64,000 nucleotides of DNA from Utricularia gibba (Eukaryota > Plantae > Magnoliophyta). A program made the position numbers and the translations under genes. Below, piece by piece: positions 9,801-23,500 of the stretch (position 1 is its first letter; each line of letters begins with the position of its first letter). Under the pieces are notes generated by a model, which searched no databases, was not told the origin of the DNA, and worked only from the letters and a program-made list of their open reading frames with translations. Where the stretch lies: contig NEEC01000041.1 in NCBI GenBank assembly GCA_002189035.1, positions 62,001-126,000 on the forward strand, given 5' to 3'.

Positions 9801-12800
9801 TCGAAGCTCGTTCCGAGCCGGTCTTCTTTCGTGTTGAGAACTTGTTCGTCCGAGGAGGCACAAATGCTCGAAAGATTGCCTTATATTAGCCTTCGATGTG
9901 CAACGAAGTGGCCACACGTTCGCGACGATGCGACTCGGGACACCCGACTCGATGCGAATGTGATTTTCGGCATGCAAGACATATGTATTTCATGGGACGA
10001 TGTGAATATTTGGATTTCGAGATGATCATTTAAGATGCCATGGGTGTGTCCCTAGCCACAACCTCATGGTGGCCTCGTGCACTCTTCGGTATCGAGTGGA
10101 TATCTTGCAAACGGTGATGAGTCATGTTGCACATATCATCGAGCCGGTCTTCTTTCGTGTTGAGAACTTGTTCGTCCGTGCTCGAAAGATTGCCTTATAT
10201 TAGCCTTCAATGTGCAACGAAGTGGCCACCACGTTCGCGACGATGCGACTTCGATGCGAATGTGATTTTCGCATGCAAGACATATGTATTTCATGTGTGA
10301 AATTTGGATTTCGAGATGATCATTTAAGATGCCATGGGTGTGTCCCTAGCCACAACCTCATGGTGGCCTCGTGCACTCTTCGGTATCGAGTGGATATCTT
10401 GCAAATGGTGATGAGTCATGTTGCACATAGCATACCGTTTCGAAGCTCGTTCCGAGCCGGTCTTCTTTCGTGTTGAGAACTTGTTCGTCCGAGGAGGCAC
10501 AAATGCTCGAAAGATTGCCTTATATTAGCCTTCAGATGTGCAACGAAGTGGCCACCACGTTCGCGACGATGCGACTCGGGACACCCGACTCGATGCGAAT
10601 GTGATTTTCGGCATGCAAGACATATGTATTTCATGGGACGATGTGAAATTTGGATTTCGAGATGATCATTTAAGATGCCATGGGTGTGTCCCTAGCCACA
10701 ACCTCATGGTGGCCTCGTGCACTCTTCGGTATCGAGTGGATATCTTGCAAACGGTGATGAGTCATGTTGCACATAGTTTCATGTTTCGAGAGCTCGTTCC
10801 GAGATGTGCCGAAGTGGCCACCACGTTCGCGACGATGCGACTTCGATGTGTGAGATGTATGTTTTCGTCCGATGGAGGCACATCGAGTGGATATCTTGCA
10901 AATGGTGATGAGTCATGTTGCACATAGCATACCGTTTCGAAGCTCGTTCCGAGCCGGTCTTCTTTCGTGTTGAGAACTTGTTCGTCCGAGGAGGCACAAA
11001 TGCTCGAAAGATTGCCTTATATTAGCCTTAAGATGTGCAACGAAGTGGCCACCACGTTCGCGACGATGCGACTCGGGACACCCGACTCGATGCGAATGTG
11101 ATTTTCGGCATGCAAGACATATGTATTTCATGGGACGATGTGAATATTTGGATTTCGAGATGATCATTTAAGATGCCATGGGTGTGTCCCTAGCCACAAC
11201 CTCATGGTGGCCTCGTGCACTCTTCGGTATCGAGTGGATATCTTGCAAATGGTGATGAGTCATGTTGCACATAGCATACCGTTTCGAAGCTCGTTCCGAG
11301 CCGGTCTTCTTTCGTGTTGAGAACTTGTTCGTCCGAGGAGGCACAAATGCTCGAAAGATTGCCTTATATTAGCCTTAAGATGTGCAACGAAGTGGCCACA
11401 CGTTCGCGACGATGCGACTCGGGACACCCGACTCGATGCGAATGTGATTTTCGGCATGCAAGACATATGTATTTCATGGGACGATGTGAATATTTGGATT
11501 TCGAGATGATCATTTAAGATGCCATGGGTGTGTCCCTAGCCACAACCTCATGGTGGCCTCGTGCACTCTTCGGTATCGAGTGGATATCTTGCAAATGGTG
11601 ATGAGTCATGTTGCACATAGCATACCGTTTCGAAGCTCGTTCCGAGCCGGTCTTCTTTCGTGTTGAGAACTTGTTCGTCCGAGGAGGCACAAATGCTCGA
11701 AAGATTGCCTTATATTAGCCTTAAGATGTGCAACGAAGTGGCCACCACGTTCGCGACGATGCGACTCGGGACACCCGACTCGATGCGAATGTGATTTTCG
11801 GCATGCAAGACATATGTATTTCATGGGACGATGTGAAATTTGGATTTCGAGATGATCATTTAAGATGCCATGGGTGTGTCCCTAGCCACAACCTCATGGT
11901 GGCCTCGTGCACTCTTCGGTATCGAGTGGATATCTTGCAAATGGTGATGAGTCATGTTGCACATAGCATACCGTTTCGAAGCTCGTTCCGAGCCGGTCTT
12001 CTTTCGTGTTGAGAACTTGTTCGTCCGAGGAGGCACAAATGCTCGAAAGATTGCCTTATATTAGCCTTAAGATGTGCAACGAAGTGGCCACCACGTTCGC
12101 GACGATGCGACTCGGGACACCCGACTCGATGCGAATGTGATTTTCGGCATGCAAGACATATGTATTTCATGGGACGATGTGAATATTTGGATTTCGAGAT
12201 GATCATTTAAGATGCCATGGGTGTGTCCCTAGCCACAACCTCATGGTGGCCTCGTGCACTCTTCGGTATCGAGTGGATATCTTGCAAATGGTGATGAGTC
12301 ATGTTGCACATAGCATACCGTTTCGAAGCTCGTTCCGAGCCGTCTTCTTTCGTGTTGAGAACTTGTTCGTCCGAGGAGGCACAAATGCTCGAAAGATTGC
12401 CTTATATTAGCCTTAGATGTGCAACGAAGTGGCCACCACGTTCGCGACGATGCGACTCGGGACACCCGACTCGATGCGAATGTGATTTTCGGCATGCAAG
12501 ACGTATTTCATGGGACGATCGAGATGATCATTTAAGATGCCATGGGTGTGTCCCTAGCCACAACCTCATGGTGCCTCGTGCACTCTTCGGTATCGAGTGG
12601 ATATCTTGCAAATGTCATGTTGCACATAGCATACCGGAAGCTCGTTCCGAGCACATTTCGTGTTGAGAACTTGTTCGTCCGAGGAACAAATGCTCGATTG
12701 CCTTATATTAGCCTTAAGATGTGCAACGATGGCCACACGTTCGCGACGATGCGACTCGGGACACCCGACTCGATGCGAATGTGATTTTCGGCATGCAAGA

Positions 12801-13699
12801 CATATGTATTTCATGGGACGATGTGAATATTTGATTTCGAGATGATCATTTAAGATGCCATGGGTGTGTCCCTAGCCACAACCTCATGGTGGCCTCGTGC
12901 ACTCTTCGGTATCGAGTGGATATCTTGCAAATGGTGATGAGTCATGTTGCACATAGCATACCGTTTCGAAGCTCGTTCCGAGCCGGTCTTCTTTCGTGTT
13001 GAGAACTTGTTCGTCCGAGGAGGCACAAATGCTCGAAAGATTGCCTTATATTAGCCTTCAGATGTTGGCCATGCGACGATGCGACTCGTCGATGCGAATG
13101 TGATTTTCGGCATGCAAGACATATCATGGGACGATGTGAATCGAGATGATCATAAGATGCCATGGGTGTGTCCCTAGCCACAACCTCATGGTGGCCTCGT
13201 GCACTCTTCGGTATCGAGTGGATATCTTGCAAACATGTTGCACATAGCATACCGAAGCTCGTTCCGATGTGTGCACATGCTCGAAAGATTGCCTTATATT
13301 AGCCGTGCAACGAAGTTTCGCGACGATGCTCGTCGATGCGAATGTGATTTTCGGCATGCAAGACATATGTATTTCATGGGACGATGTGAATATTTGGATT
13401 TCGAGATGATCATTTAAGATGCCATGGGTGTGTCCCTAGCCACAACCTCATGGTGGCCTCGTGCACTCTTCGGTATCGAGTGGATATCTTGCAAACGGTG
13501 ATGAGTCATGTTGCACATACATAGCCGGAGCACACTTTCGTGTTGAGAACTTGTTCGTCCGAGGAGGCACAAATGCTCGAAAGATTGCCTTATATTAGCC
13601 TTAAGATGTGCAACGAAGTGGCCACCACGTTCGCGACGATGCGACTCGGGACACCGACTCGATGCGAATGTGATTTTCGGCATGCAAGACATATGTATT

Positions 13700-14420
13700 T
13701 CATGTGTCGCGAAAGCCATCATGGTGCCTCGTGCACTCTTCGGTATCGACTTGCAAATGGTGATGAGTCATGTTGCTGACCGGTAATGTGATTTTTGCAA
13801 ATGAAGACATATGTCGATGCGACATGGACATCATGTGTGAAATTTTTTCGAGATGATTCCATGAGCCAGACTCTTCGGTATCGCCGATGCCTGGGTGATG
13901 TCCTAGCCATCCCTGAGGCACTCTTCGGTATCGAGTGGATATCTTGCAAATGGTGACAAGATTGCCTTGCACATAGATGTGCCGACGAAGTGGCCACCAC
14001 GTTCGCGACGATGCGACTCGGGACACCCGACTCGATGCGAATGTGATTTTCGGCATGCAAGACATATGTATTTCATGTCTTCTTTCGTGTGTGAGAACTG
14101 ATGTTCGAGCCACAAATGCTTATGTTGAGACCTTGTTCGTCGATGCGACTCGGGGTCCGATTCTTGCAAACGGGCATGCACAGTGCAATGATTTCACACG
14201 TTGACGTGGATTCGGATGATCATTTAAGATTGCCTTATCATTAGCCTTCAAACATGCAACGAGTCATGTACACGTTCGATTTCGATTTCGACCGATTGGA
14301 TCCATGCGTGAGACATCATGTTCGTGCCTCTTCATGGAGGCATATTGCTCGAAAGATTGCGAGCCGGTGGGTTCGTGTTCGATGCCACAACCGTCCCTGA
14401 GGCACTCTTCGGTATCGAGT
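13700..14420 (+). other. Highly degenerate patch made of scrambled monomer fragments
   Basis: Periodicity breaks down, but the fragments (ACTCTTCGGTATCG, GATGATCATTTAAG, TGCTCGAAAGATTGC) all come from the monomer and appear out of order. Confidence 0.7.
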
Positions 14421-15329
14421 GGATATCTTGCAAATGGTGATGAGTCATGTTGCACATAGCATACCGTTTCGAAAGCTATTAGCCGGAGATCTCTTTCGAA
14501 GTGGCCACCACGTTCGCGACGATGCGACTCGGGACACCCGACTCGATGCGAATGTGATTTTCGGCATGCAAGACATATGTATTTCATGGGACGATGTGAA
14601 TATTTGACATTCGAGAAAGATCATCCTTATATGCCATTAGTCTCTTTCGTGTTGAGAACTTGTTCGTCCGAGGAGGCACAAATGCTCGAAGCCTTACCAC
14701 ACGTTCGCGACGATGCGACTCGGGACACCCGACTCGATGCGAATGTGATTTTCGGCATATGCATGGTGTGAAATCGAGATGATCATTTAAGATGCCATGG
14801 TGTGTCCCTAGCCACAACCTCATGTGGCCTCGTGCACTCTTCGGTATCGAGTGGATATCTTGCAAATGGTGATGAGTCATGTTGCACATAGCATACCGTT
14901 TCGAAGCTCGTTCCGAGCCGGTCTTCTTTCGTGTTGAGAACTTGTTCGTCCGAGGAGGCACAAATGCTCGAAAGATTGCCTTATATTAGCCTTAGATGTG
15001 CAACGAAGTGGCCACCACGTTCGCGACGATGCGACTCGGGACACCGACTCGATGCGAATGTGATTTTCGACATGCAAGACATATGTATTTCATGGGACGA
15101 TGCGAGATGATCATTTAAGATGCCATGGGTGTGTCCCTAGCCACAACCTCATGGTGGCCTCGTGCACTCTTCGGTATCGAGTGGATATCTTGCAAATGGT
15201 GATGAGTCATGTTGCACATAGCATACCGTTTCGAAGCTCGTTCCGAGCCGGTCTTCTTTCGTGTTGAGAACTTGTTCGTCCGAGGAGGCACAAATGCTCG
15301 AAAGATTGCCTTATATTAGCCTTATGTGC

Positions 15330-17570
15330 AACGAAGTGGCCACACGTTCGCGAAGACTCGGGACACCTGTCCGATGCCGGTCATTCTTTCCATGGGTGTG
15401 TCCCTAGCCACAACCTCATGGTGGCCTCGTGCACTCTTCGGTATCGAGTGGATATCTTGCAAATGGTGATGAGTCATGTTGCACATAGCATACCGTTTCG
15501 AAGCTCGTTCCGAGCCGGTCTTCTTTCGTGTTGAGAACTTGTTCGTCCGAGGAGGCACAAATGCTCGAAAGATTGCCTTATATTAGCCTTCAGATGTGCA
15601 ACGAAGTGGCCACCAACGACGAAGACGATGCGACACCACGTTCGCCGATCGACTCGGGACACCCGACTCGATGTGTTGAGAACTTGTTCGTCCGAGGAGG
15701 CACAAATGCTCGAAAGATTGCCTTATATTAGCCTTCATGCATGCGACATGTGTATTTCATGGGATCATTGTGAAGATTTGCCATGGGTGTGTCCCTAGCC
15801 ACAACCTCATGGTGGCCTCGTGCACTCTTCGGTATCGAGTGGATATCTTGCAAACCATGGGTCATGTAGCACATATCATACCGTGTTCGACTCTCGATCG
15901 ATCGCGTGGGTCTTCATTTCGTGTGTGGTGAGAACTTGTGTTGTCACAGGCAGCATGCTCGAAAGATTGCCTTATATTAGCCTTTGATGTCGTGCGAAGA
16001 GCCGGTCTTCGCGACGATGCGACTCGGGACACCCGCACAAATGCGAATCGTGAAAGATGCTGCCTTATATTAGCCTTATTTGTGCGGACGAAGTGGCCGG
16101 ATTTCGTGTCGCGAGATGATGCGTGCACTCGGGACACACAACCTCGATGGAATTGTGTCGTGCTTTGCGGCATGCGACATGCGATGTCTTGCATGGGGTG
16201 TGAATATTTGGATCATCCATGAGATGATCATTTAAGATGCCATAGGTTCCGAGCCGGTCTTCCTTGTGTTTGAACCTCATGGTGGCCTCGTGCGACTCTT
16301 CGAATGCGAGTGGCCTTGCATAGCCTCATGTGGCCTCGTGCACTCTTCGGTATCGAGTGGATATCTTGCAAGGTGATGAGTCATTTGCACATAGCATACC
16401 GTTTCGAAGCTCGTTCCGAGCCGGTCTTCTTTCGTGTTGAGAACTTGTTCGTCCGAGGAGGCACAAATGCTCGAAAGATTGCCTTATATTAGCCTTCACA
16501 TGTGCGACGACGACCGGGACACCCGACTCGATGCGAATGTGATTTTCGGCATGCAAGACATATGTATTTCATGGGACGATGTGAAATTTGGATTTCGAGA
16601 TGATCATTTAAGATGCCATGGGTGTGTCCCTAGCCACAACCTCATGGTGGCCTCGTGCACTCTTCGGTATCGAGTGGATATCTTGCAAACGGTGACTGAT
16701 AGCATACCGTTTCGAAGCTCGTTCCGAGCCGGTCTTCTTTCGTTTGAGAACTTGTTCGTCCGATGCTCGAAAGATTGCCTTATATTAGCCTTTGTGCAAC
16801 GAAGTGGCCGTTCGCGACGACTCGGGACACCCGACTCGATGCGAATGTGATTTTTGGTGTCGAGATGACTTGATGCCATGGGTGTGTCCCTAGCCACAAC
16901 CTCATGGTGGCCTCGTGCACTCTTCGGTATCGAGTGGATATCTTGCACAATGCTCGAAAGATAGCCTTATATTAGCCTTAGATGTGCAACGAAGTGGCCA
17001 CCACGTTCGCGACGATGCGACTCGGACACCCGACTCGATGCGAATGTGATTTTCGGCATGCAAGACATATGTATTTCATGGGACGATGTGAAATATTTCT
17101 TCATTTCGAGAGAATCTTATTCGTCCATGAGGTTGAGGTCCCTGCTCGAAAGATTGCCTTATATTAGCCTTCAGATGTGCAACGAAGTGGCCACCGTGCG
17201 ACTTCGCGACTCTTCGGATGATCACCATGGATATCGTGCAATCGAATGTGTGATGAGTCATGTTGCACATATCATAAGACATATTCCGAGCCGACTTCTG
17301 TTCGATGTTGAGATTTGTATCGTCCGATGCCATGGGTGTGTCCCTAGCCACAACAAATGCTCGTGCACTCATTCGGTATAGTTATAAGATCTTGCAAACG
17401 ATGCGACTCGGGACACACTCATGCGAATTGCGCACATATGCATACGACGTTTCGAAGACTCCGATCGAGTGGATATCTTGCAAATGGTGATTTCGGCGAT
17501 GTGAGAGACTTGTTCGTCCGAGAGAGGCACATGGGACGAAAGATTTTGTGATTCTTATATTTCATGCCGC
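15330..17570 (+). other. Extended degenerate zone with interleaved intact and scrambled monomers
   Basis: Scrambled or deleted segments at about 15330-15400, 15600-15780, 15860-16320 and 17090-17570, separated by near-consensus stretches. Confidence 0.65.
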
Positions 17571-20500
17571 AGATGCATGGGTGTGTCCCTAGCCACAACC
17601 TCATGGTGGCCTCGTGCACTCTTCGGTATCGAGTGGATATCTTGCAAATGGTGATGAGTCATGTTGCACATAGCATACCGTTTCGAAGCTCGTTCCGAGC
17701 CGGTCTTCTTTCGTGTTGAGAACTTGTTCGTCGAGGAGGCACAAATGCTCGAAAGATTGCCTTATATTAGCCTTACAACGAAGTGGCCATTCGCGAATGC
17801 GACTCGGACACCCGACTCGATGCGAATGTGATTTTCGGCATGCAACCATTGATATGGGATGAATGTGGAATATTTGTTCGAGATGATCATTTAAGATGCC
17901 ATGGGACTCGATGAGCCACAACCAAGACGCCTCGTGGGACTCTTCGGTATCGAGTGATATCTTGCAAATGGTGATGAGTCATGTTGCACATATCATACCG
18001 TTTCGAAGCTCGTTCCGAGCCGGTCTTCTTTCGTGTTGAGAACTTGTTCGTCCGAGGAGGCACAAATGCTCGAAGTTTGCCTTATATTAGCCTTAAGATG
18101 TGCAACGAAGTGGCCACAACGTTCGCGACGATGCGACTCGGGACACCCGACTCGATGCGAATGTGATTTTCGGCATGCAAGACATATGTATTTCATGGGA
18201 CGATGTGAATTTGGATTTCGAGATGATCATTTAAGATGCCATGGGTGTGTCCCTAGCCACAACCTCATGGTGGCCTCGTGCACTCTTCGGTATCGAGTGG
18301 ATATCTTGCAAATGGTGATGAGTCATGTTGCACATAGCATACCGTTTCGAAGCTCGTTCCGAGCCGGTCTTCTTTCGTGTTGAGAACTTGTTCGTCCGAG
18401 GAGGCACAAATGCTCGAAAGATTGCCTTATATTAGCCTTAGATGTGCAACGAAGTGTTCGCGACGATGCGACTCGGGACACCCGACTCGATGCGAATGTG
18501 ATTTTCGGCATGCAAGACATATGTATTTCATGGGACGATGTGAAATTTGGATTTCGAGATGATCATTTAAGATGCCATGGGTGTGTCCCTAGCCACAACC
18601 TCATGGTGGCCTCGTGCACTCTTCGGTATCGAGTGGATATCTTGCAAATGGTGATGAGTCATGTTGCACATAGCATACCGTTTCGAAGCTCGTTCCGAGC
18701 CGGTCTTCTTTCGTGTTGAGAACTTGTTCGAGGAGGCACAAATGCTCGAAAGATTGCCTTATATTAGCCTTAGATGTGCAACGAAGTGGCCACACGTTCG
18801 CGACGATGCGACTCGGGACACCCGACTCGATGCGAATGTGATTTTCGGCATGCAAGACATATGTATTTCATGGGACGATGTGAAATTTGGATTTCGAGAT
18901 GATCATTTAAGATGCCATGGGTGTGTCCCTAGCCACAACCTCATGGTGGCCTCGTGCACTCTTCGGTATCGAGTGGATATCTTGCAAATGGTGATGAGTC
19001 ATGTTGCACATAGCATACCGTTTCGAAGCTCGTTCCGAGCCGGTCTTCTTTCGTGTTGAGAACTTGTTCGTCCGAGGAGGCACAAATGCTCGAAAGATTG
19101 CCTTATATTAGCCGATGTGCAACGAAGTGGCCACCACGTTCGCGACGATGCGACTCGGGACACCGACTCGATGCCATGCAAGACATATGTATTTCATGGG
19201 ACGATCGAGATGATCATTTAAGATGCCATGGGTGTGTCCCTAGCCACAACCTCATGGTGGCCTCGTGCACTCTTCGGTATCGAGTGGATATCTTGCAAAC
19301 GGTGATGAGTCATGTTGCACATAGAGCCGGTCTCTTTCGTGTTGAGAACTTGTTCGTCCGAGGAGGCACAAATGCTCGAAAGATTGCCTTATATTAGCCT
19401 TAAGATGTGCAACGAAGTGGCCACCACGTTCGCGACGATGCGACTCGGGACACCCGACTCGATGCGAATGTGATTTTCATGCAAGACATATGTATTTCAT
19501 GGGACGATGTGAAATTTGGATTTCGAGATGATCATTTAAGATGCCATGGGTGTGTCCCTAGCCACAACCTCATGGTGGCCTCGTGCACTCTTCGGTATCG
19601 AGTGGATATCTTGCAAATGGTGATGAGTCATGTTGCACATATCATATCAAGCTCGTGCTCCGAGTGTGTCTTCTTTCGTGTGTGAGGCTCGTGCAGGAGG
19701 CGAGTGCTCGAAGATTGCCTTATATTAGCCTTAGATGTGCAACGAAGTGGCGTTCGCGACGATGCGACTCGGGACACCGACTCGATGCGAATGTGCGGCA
19801 TGCAAGACATATGTATTTCATGGACGATGTGAATATTTGGATTCGAGATGATCATTTAAGATGCCATGGGTGTGTCCTAGCCACAACCTCATGGTGGCCT
19901 CGTGCACTCTTCGGTATCGAGTGGATATCTTGCAAATGGTGATGAGTCATGTTGCACATAGCATACCGTTTCGAAGCTCGTTCCGAGAGAACTTGTTCGT
20001 CCGAGGAGGCACAAATGCTCGAAAGATTGCCTTATATTAGCCTTAAGATGTGCAACGAAGTGGCCACCACGTTCGCGACGATGCGACTCGGGACACCCGA
20101 CTCGATGCGAATGTGATTTTCGGCATGCAAGACATATGTATTTCATGGGACGATGTGAATATTTGGATTTCGAGATGATCATTTAAGATGCCATGGGTGT
20201 GTCCCTAGCCACAACCTCATGGTGGCCTCGTGCACTCTTCGGTATCGAGTGGATATCTTGCAAAGGTGATGAGTCATGTTGCACATAGCATACCGTTTCG
20301 AAGCTCGTTCCGAGCCGGTCTTCTTTCGTGTTGAGAACTTGTTCGTCCGAGGAGGCACAAATGCTCGAAAGATTGCCTTATATTAGCCTTAAGATGTGCA
20401 ACGAAGTGGCCACACGTTCGCGACGATGCGACTCGGGACACCCGACTCGATGCGAATGTGATTTTCGGCATGCAAGACATATGTATTTCATGGGACGATG

Positions 20501-23500
20501 TGAATATTTGGATTTCGAGATGATCATTTAAGATGCCATGGGTGTGTCCCTAGCCACAACCTCATGGTGGCCTCGTGCACTCTTCGGTATCGAGTGGATA
20601 TCTTGCAAACGGTGATGAGTCATGTTGCACATAGCATACCGTTTCGAAGCTCGTTCCGAGCCGGTCTTCTTTCGTGTTGAGAACTTGTTCGTCCGAGGAG
20701 GCACAAATGCTCGAAAGATTGCCTTATATTAGCCTTAAGATGTGCAACGAAGTGGCCACACGTTCGCGACGATGCGACTCGGGACACCGACTCGATGCGA
20801 ATGTGATTTTCGGCATGCAAGACATATGTATTTCATGGGACGATGTGAAATTTTGGATTTCGAGATGATCATTTAAGATGCCATGGGTGTGTCCTAGCCA
20901 CAACCTCATGGTGGCCTCGTGCACTCTTCGGTATCGAGTGGATATCTTGCAAATGGTGATGAGTCATGTTGCACATAGCATACCGTTTCGAAGCTCGTTC
21001 CGAGCCGGTCTTCTTTCGTGTTGAGAACTTGTTCGAGGAGGCACAAATGCTCGAAAGATTGCCTTATATTAGCCTTAGATGTGCAACGAAGTGGCCACAC
21101 GTTCGCGACGATGCGACTCGGGACACCCGACTCGATGCGAATGTGATTTTCGGCATGCAAGACATATGTATTTCATGGGACGATGTGAATATTTGGATTT
21201 CGAGATGATCATTTAAGATGCCATGGGTGTGTCCCTAGCCACAACCTCATGGTGGCCTCGTGCACTCTTCGGTATCGAGTGGATATCTTGCAAATGGTGA
21301 TGAGTCATGTTGCACATAGCATACCGTTTCGAAGCTCGTTCCGAGCCGGTCTTCTTTCGTGTTGAGAACTTGTTCGTCCGAGGAGGCACAAATGCTCGAA
21401 AGATTGCCTTATATTAGCCTTAAGATGTGCAACGAAGTGGCCACACGTTCGCGACGATGCGACTCGGGACACCGACTCGATGCGAATGTGATTTTCGGCA
21501 TGCAAGACATATGTATTTCATGGGACGATGTGAAGTCATTTGCACATAGCATTTCGAGATGATCATTTAAGATGCCATGGGTGTGTCCCTAGCCACAACC
21601 TCATGGTGGCCTCGTGCACTCTTCGGTATCGAGTGGATATCTTGCAAACGGTGATGAGTCATGTTGCACATATCATACCGTTTCGAAGCTCGTTCCGAGC
21701 CGGTCTTCTTTCGTGTTGAGAACTTGTTCGTCCGAGGAGGCACAAATGCTCGAAAGATTGCCTTATATTAGCCTTAGATGATGTGCAACGAAGTGGCCAC
21801 AAGACGTTCGCGACGATGCGACTCGGGACACCTTGCAAATGACTCGATGCGAATGTGATTTTCGGCATGCAAGACATATGTATTTCATGGGACGATGTGA
21901 ATATTTGGATTATGTATTTCGAGATGATCATTTAAGATGCCATGGGTGTGTCCCTAGCCACAACCTCATGGTGGCCTCGTGCACTCTTCGGTATCGAGTG
22001 GATATCTTGCAAACGGTGATGAGTCATGTTGCACATAGCATACCGTTTCGAAGCTCGTTCCGAGCCGGTCTTCTTTCGTGTTGAGAACTTGTTCGTCCGA
22101 GGAGGCACAAATGCTCGAAAGATTGCCTTATATTAGCCTTAAGATGTGCAACGAAGTGGCCACAACGTTCGCGACGATGCGACTCGGGACACCCGACTCG
22201 ATGCGAATGTGATTTTCGGCATGCAAGACATATGTATTTCATGGGACGATGTGAATATTTGGATTTCGAGATGATCATTTAAGATGCCATGGGTGTGTCC
22301 CTAGCCACAACCTCATGGTGGCCTCGTGCACTCTTCGGTATTTATCTTGCAAACGGTGATGAGTCATGTTGCACATAGCATACCGTTTCGAAGCTGTTCC
22401 GAGCCGGTCTTCTTTCGTGTTGAGAACTTGTTCGTCCGAGGAGGCACAAATGCTCGAAAGATTGCCTTATATTTAGCCTTAAGATGTGCAACGAAGTGGC
22501 CACACGTTCGCGACGATGCGACTCGGGACACCCGACTCGATGCGAATGTGATTTTCGGCATGCAAGACATATGTATTTCATGGGACGATGTGAATATTTG
22601 GATTTCGAGATGATCATTTAAGATGCCATGGGTGTGTCCCTAGCCACAACCTCATGGTGGCCTCGTGCACTCTTCGGTATCGAGTGGATATCTTGCAAAT
22701 GTGATGAGTCATGTTGCACATAGCATACCGTTTCGAAGCTCGTTCCGAGCCGGTCTTCTTTCGTGTTGAGAACTTGTTCGTCCGAGGAGGCACAAATGCT
22801 CGAAAGATTGCCTTATATTAGCCTTACGATGCGACTCGGGACACCGACTCGATGCGAATGTGATTTTCGGCATGCAAGACATATGTATTTCATGGGACGA
22901 TGTGAATATTTGGATTTCGCATTTAAGATGCCATGGGTGTGTCCCTAGCCACAACCTCATGGTGGCGACTCTTCGGTATCGAGTGGATATCTTGCAAACG
23001 GTGATGAGTCATGTTGCACATATCATACCGTTTCGAAGCTCGTTCCGAGCCGGTCTTCTTTCGTGTTGAGAACAGGAGGCACAAATGCAAAGATTGCCTT
23101 ATATTAGTTAAGATGTGCAACGAAGTGGCCACAACGTTCGCGACGATGCGACTCGGGACACCCGACTCGATGCGAATGTGATTTTCGGCATGCAAGACAT
23201 ATGTATTTCGACGATGTGAATATTTGGATTTCGAGATGATCATTTAAGATGCCATGGGTGTGTCCCTAGCCACAACCTCATGGTGGCCTCGTGCACTCTT
23301 CGGTATCGAGTGGATATCTTGCAAACGGTGATGAGTCATGTTGCACATAGCATACCGTTTCGAAGCTCGTTCCGAGCCGTCTTCTTTCGTGTTGAGAACT
23401 TGTTCGTCCGAGGAGGCACAAATGCTCGAAAGATTGCCTTATATTAGCCTTAAGATGTGCAACGAAGTGGCGAACTCGGGACACCCGACGATGCGTGTGA

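Larger units (their letters stand above)
1..10600 (+). repeat. Sub-domain dominated by the TAGCCTTCAGATG variant
   Basis: C allele at about 441, 761, 1671, 2015, 3001, 3347, 3691, 4677, 4931, 5208, 7051, 7419, 9375 and 10528; A allele seen only in two adjacent copies (about 4037 and 4381). Confidence 0.75.
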
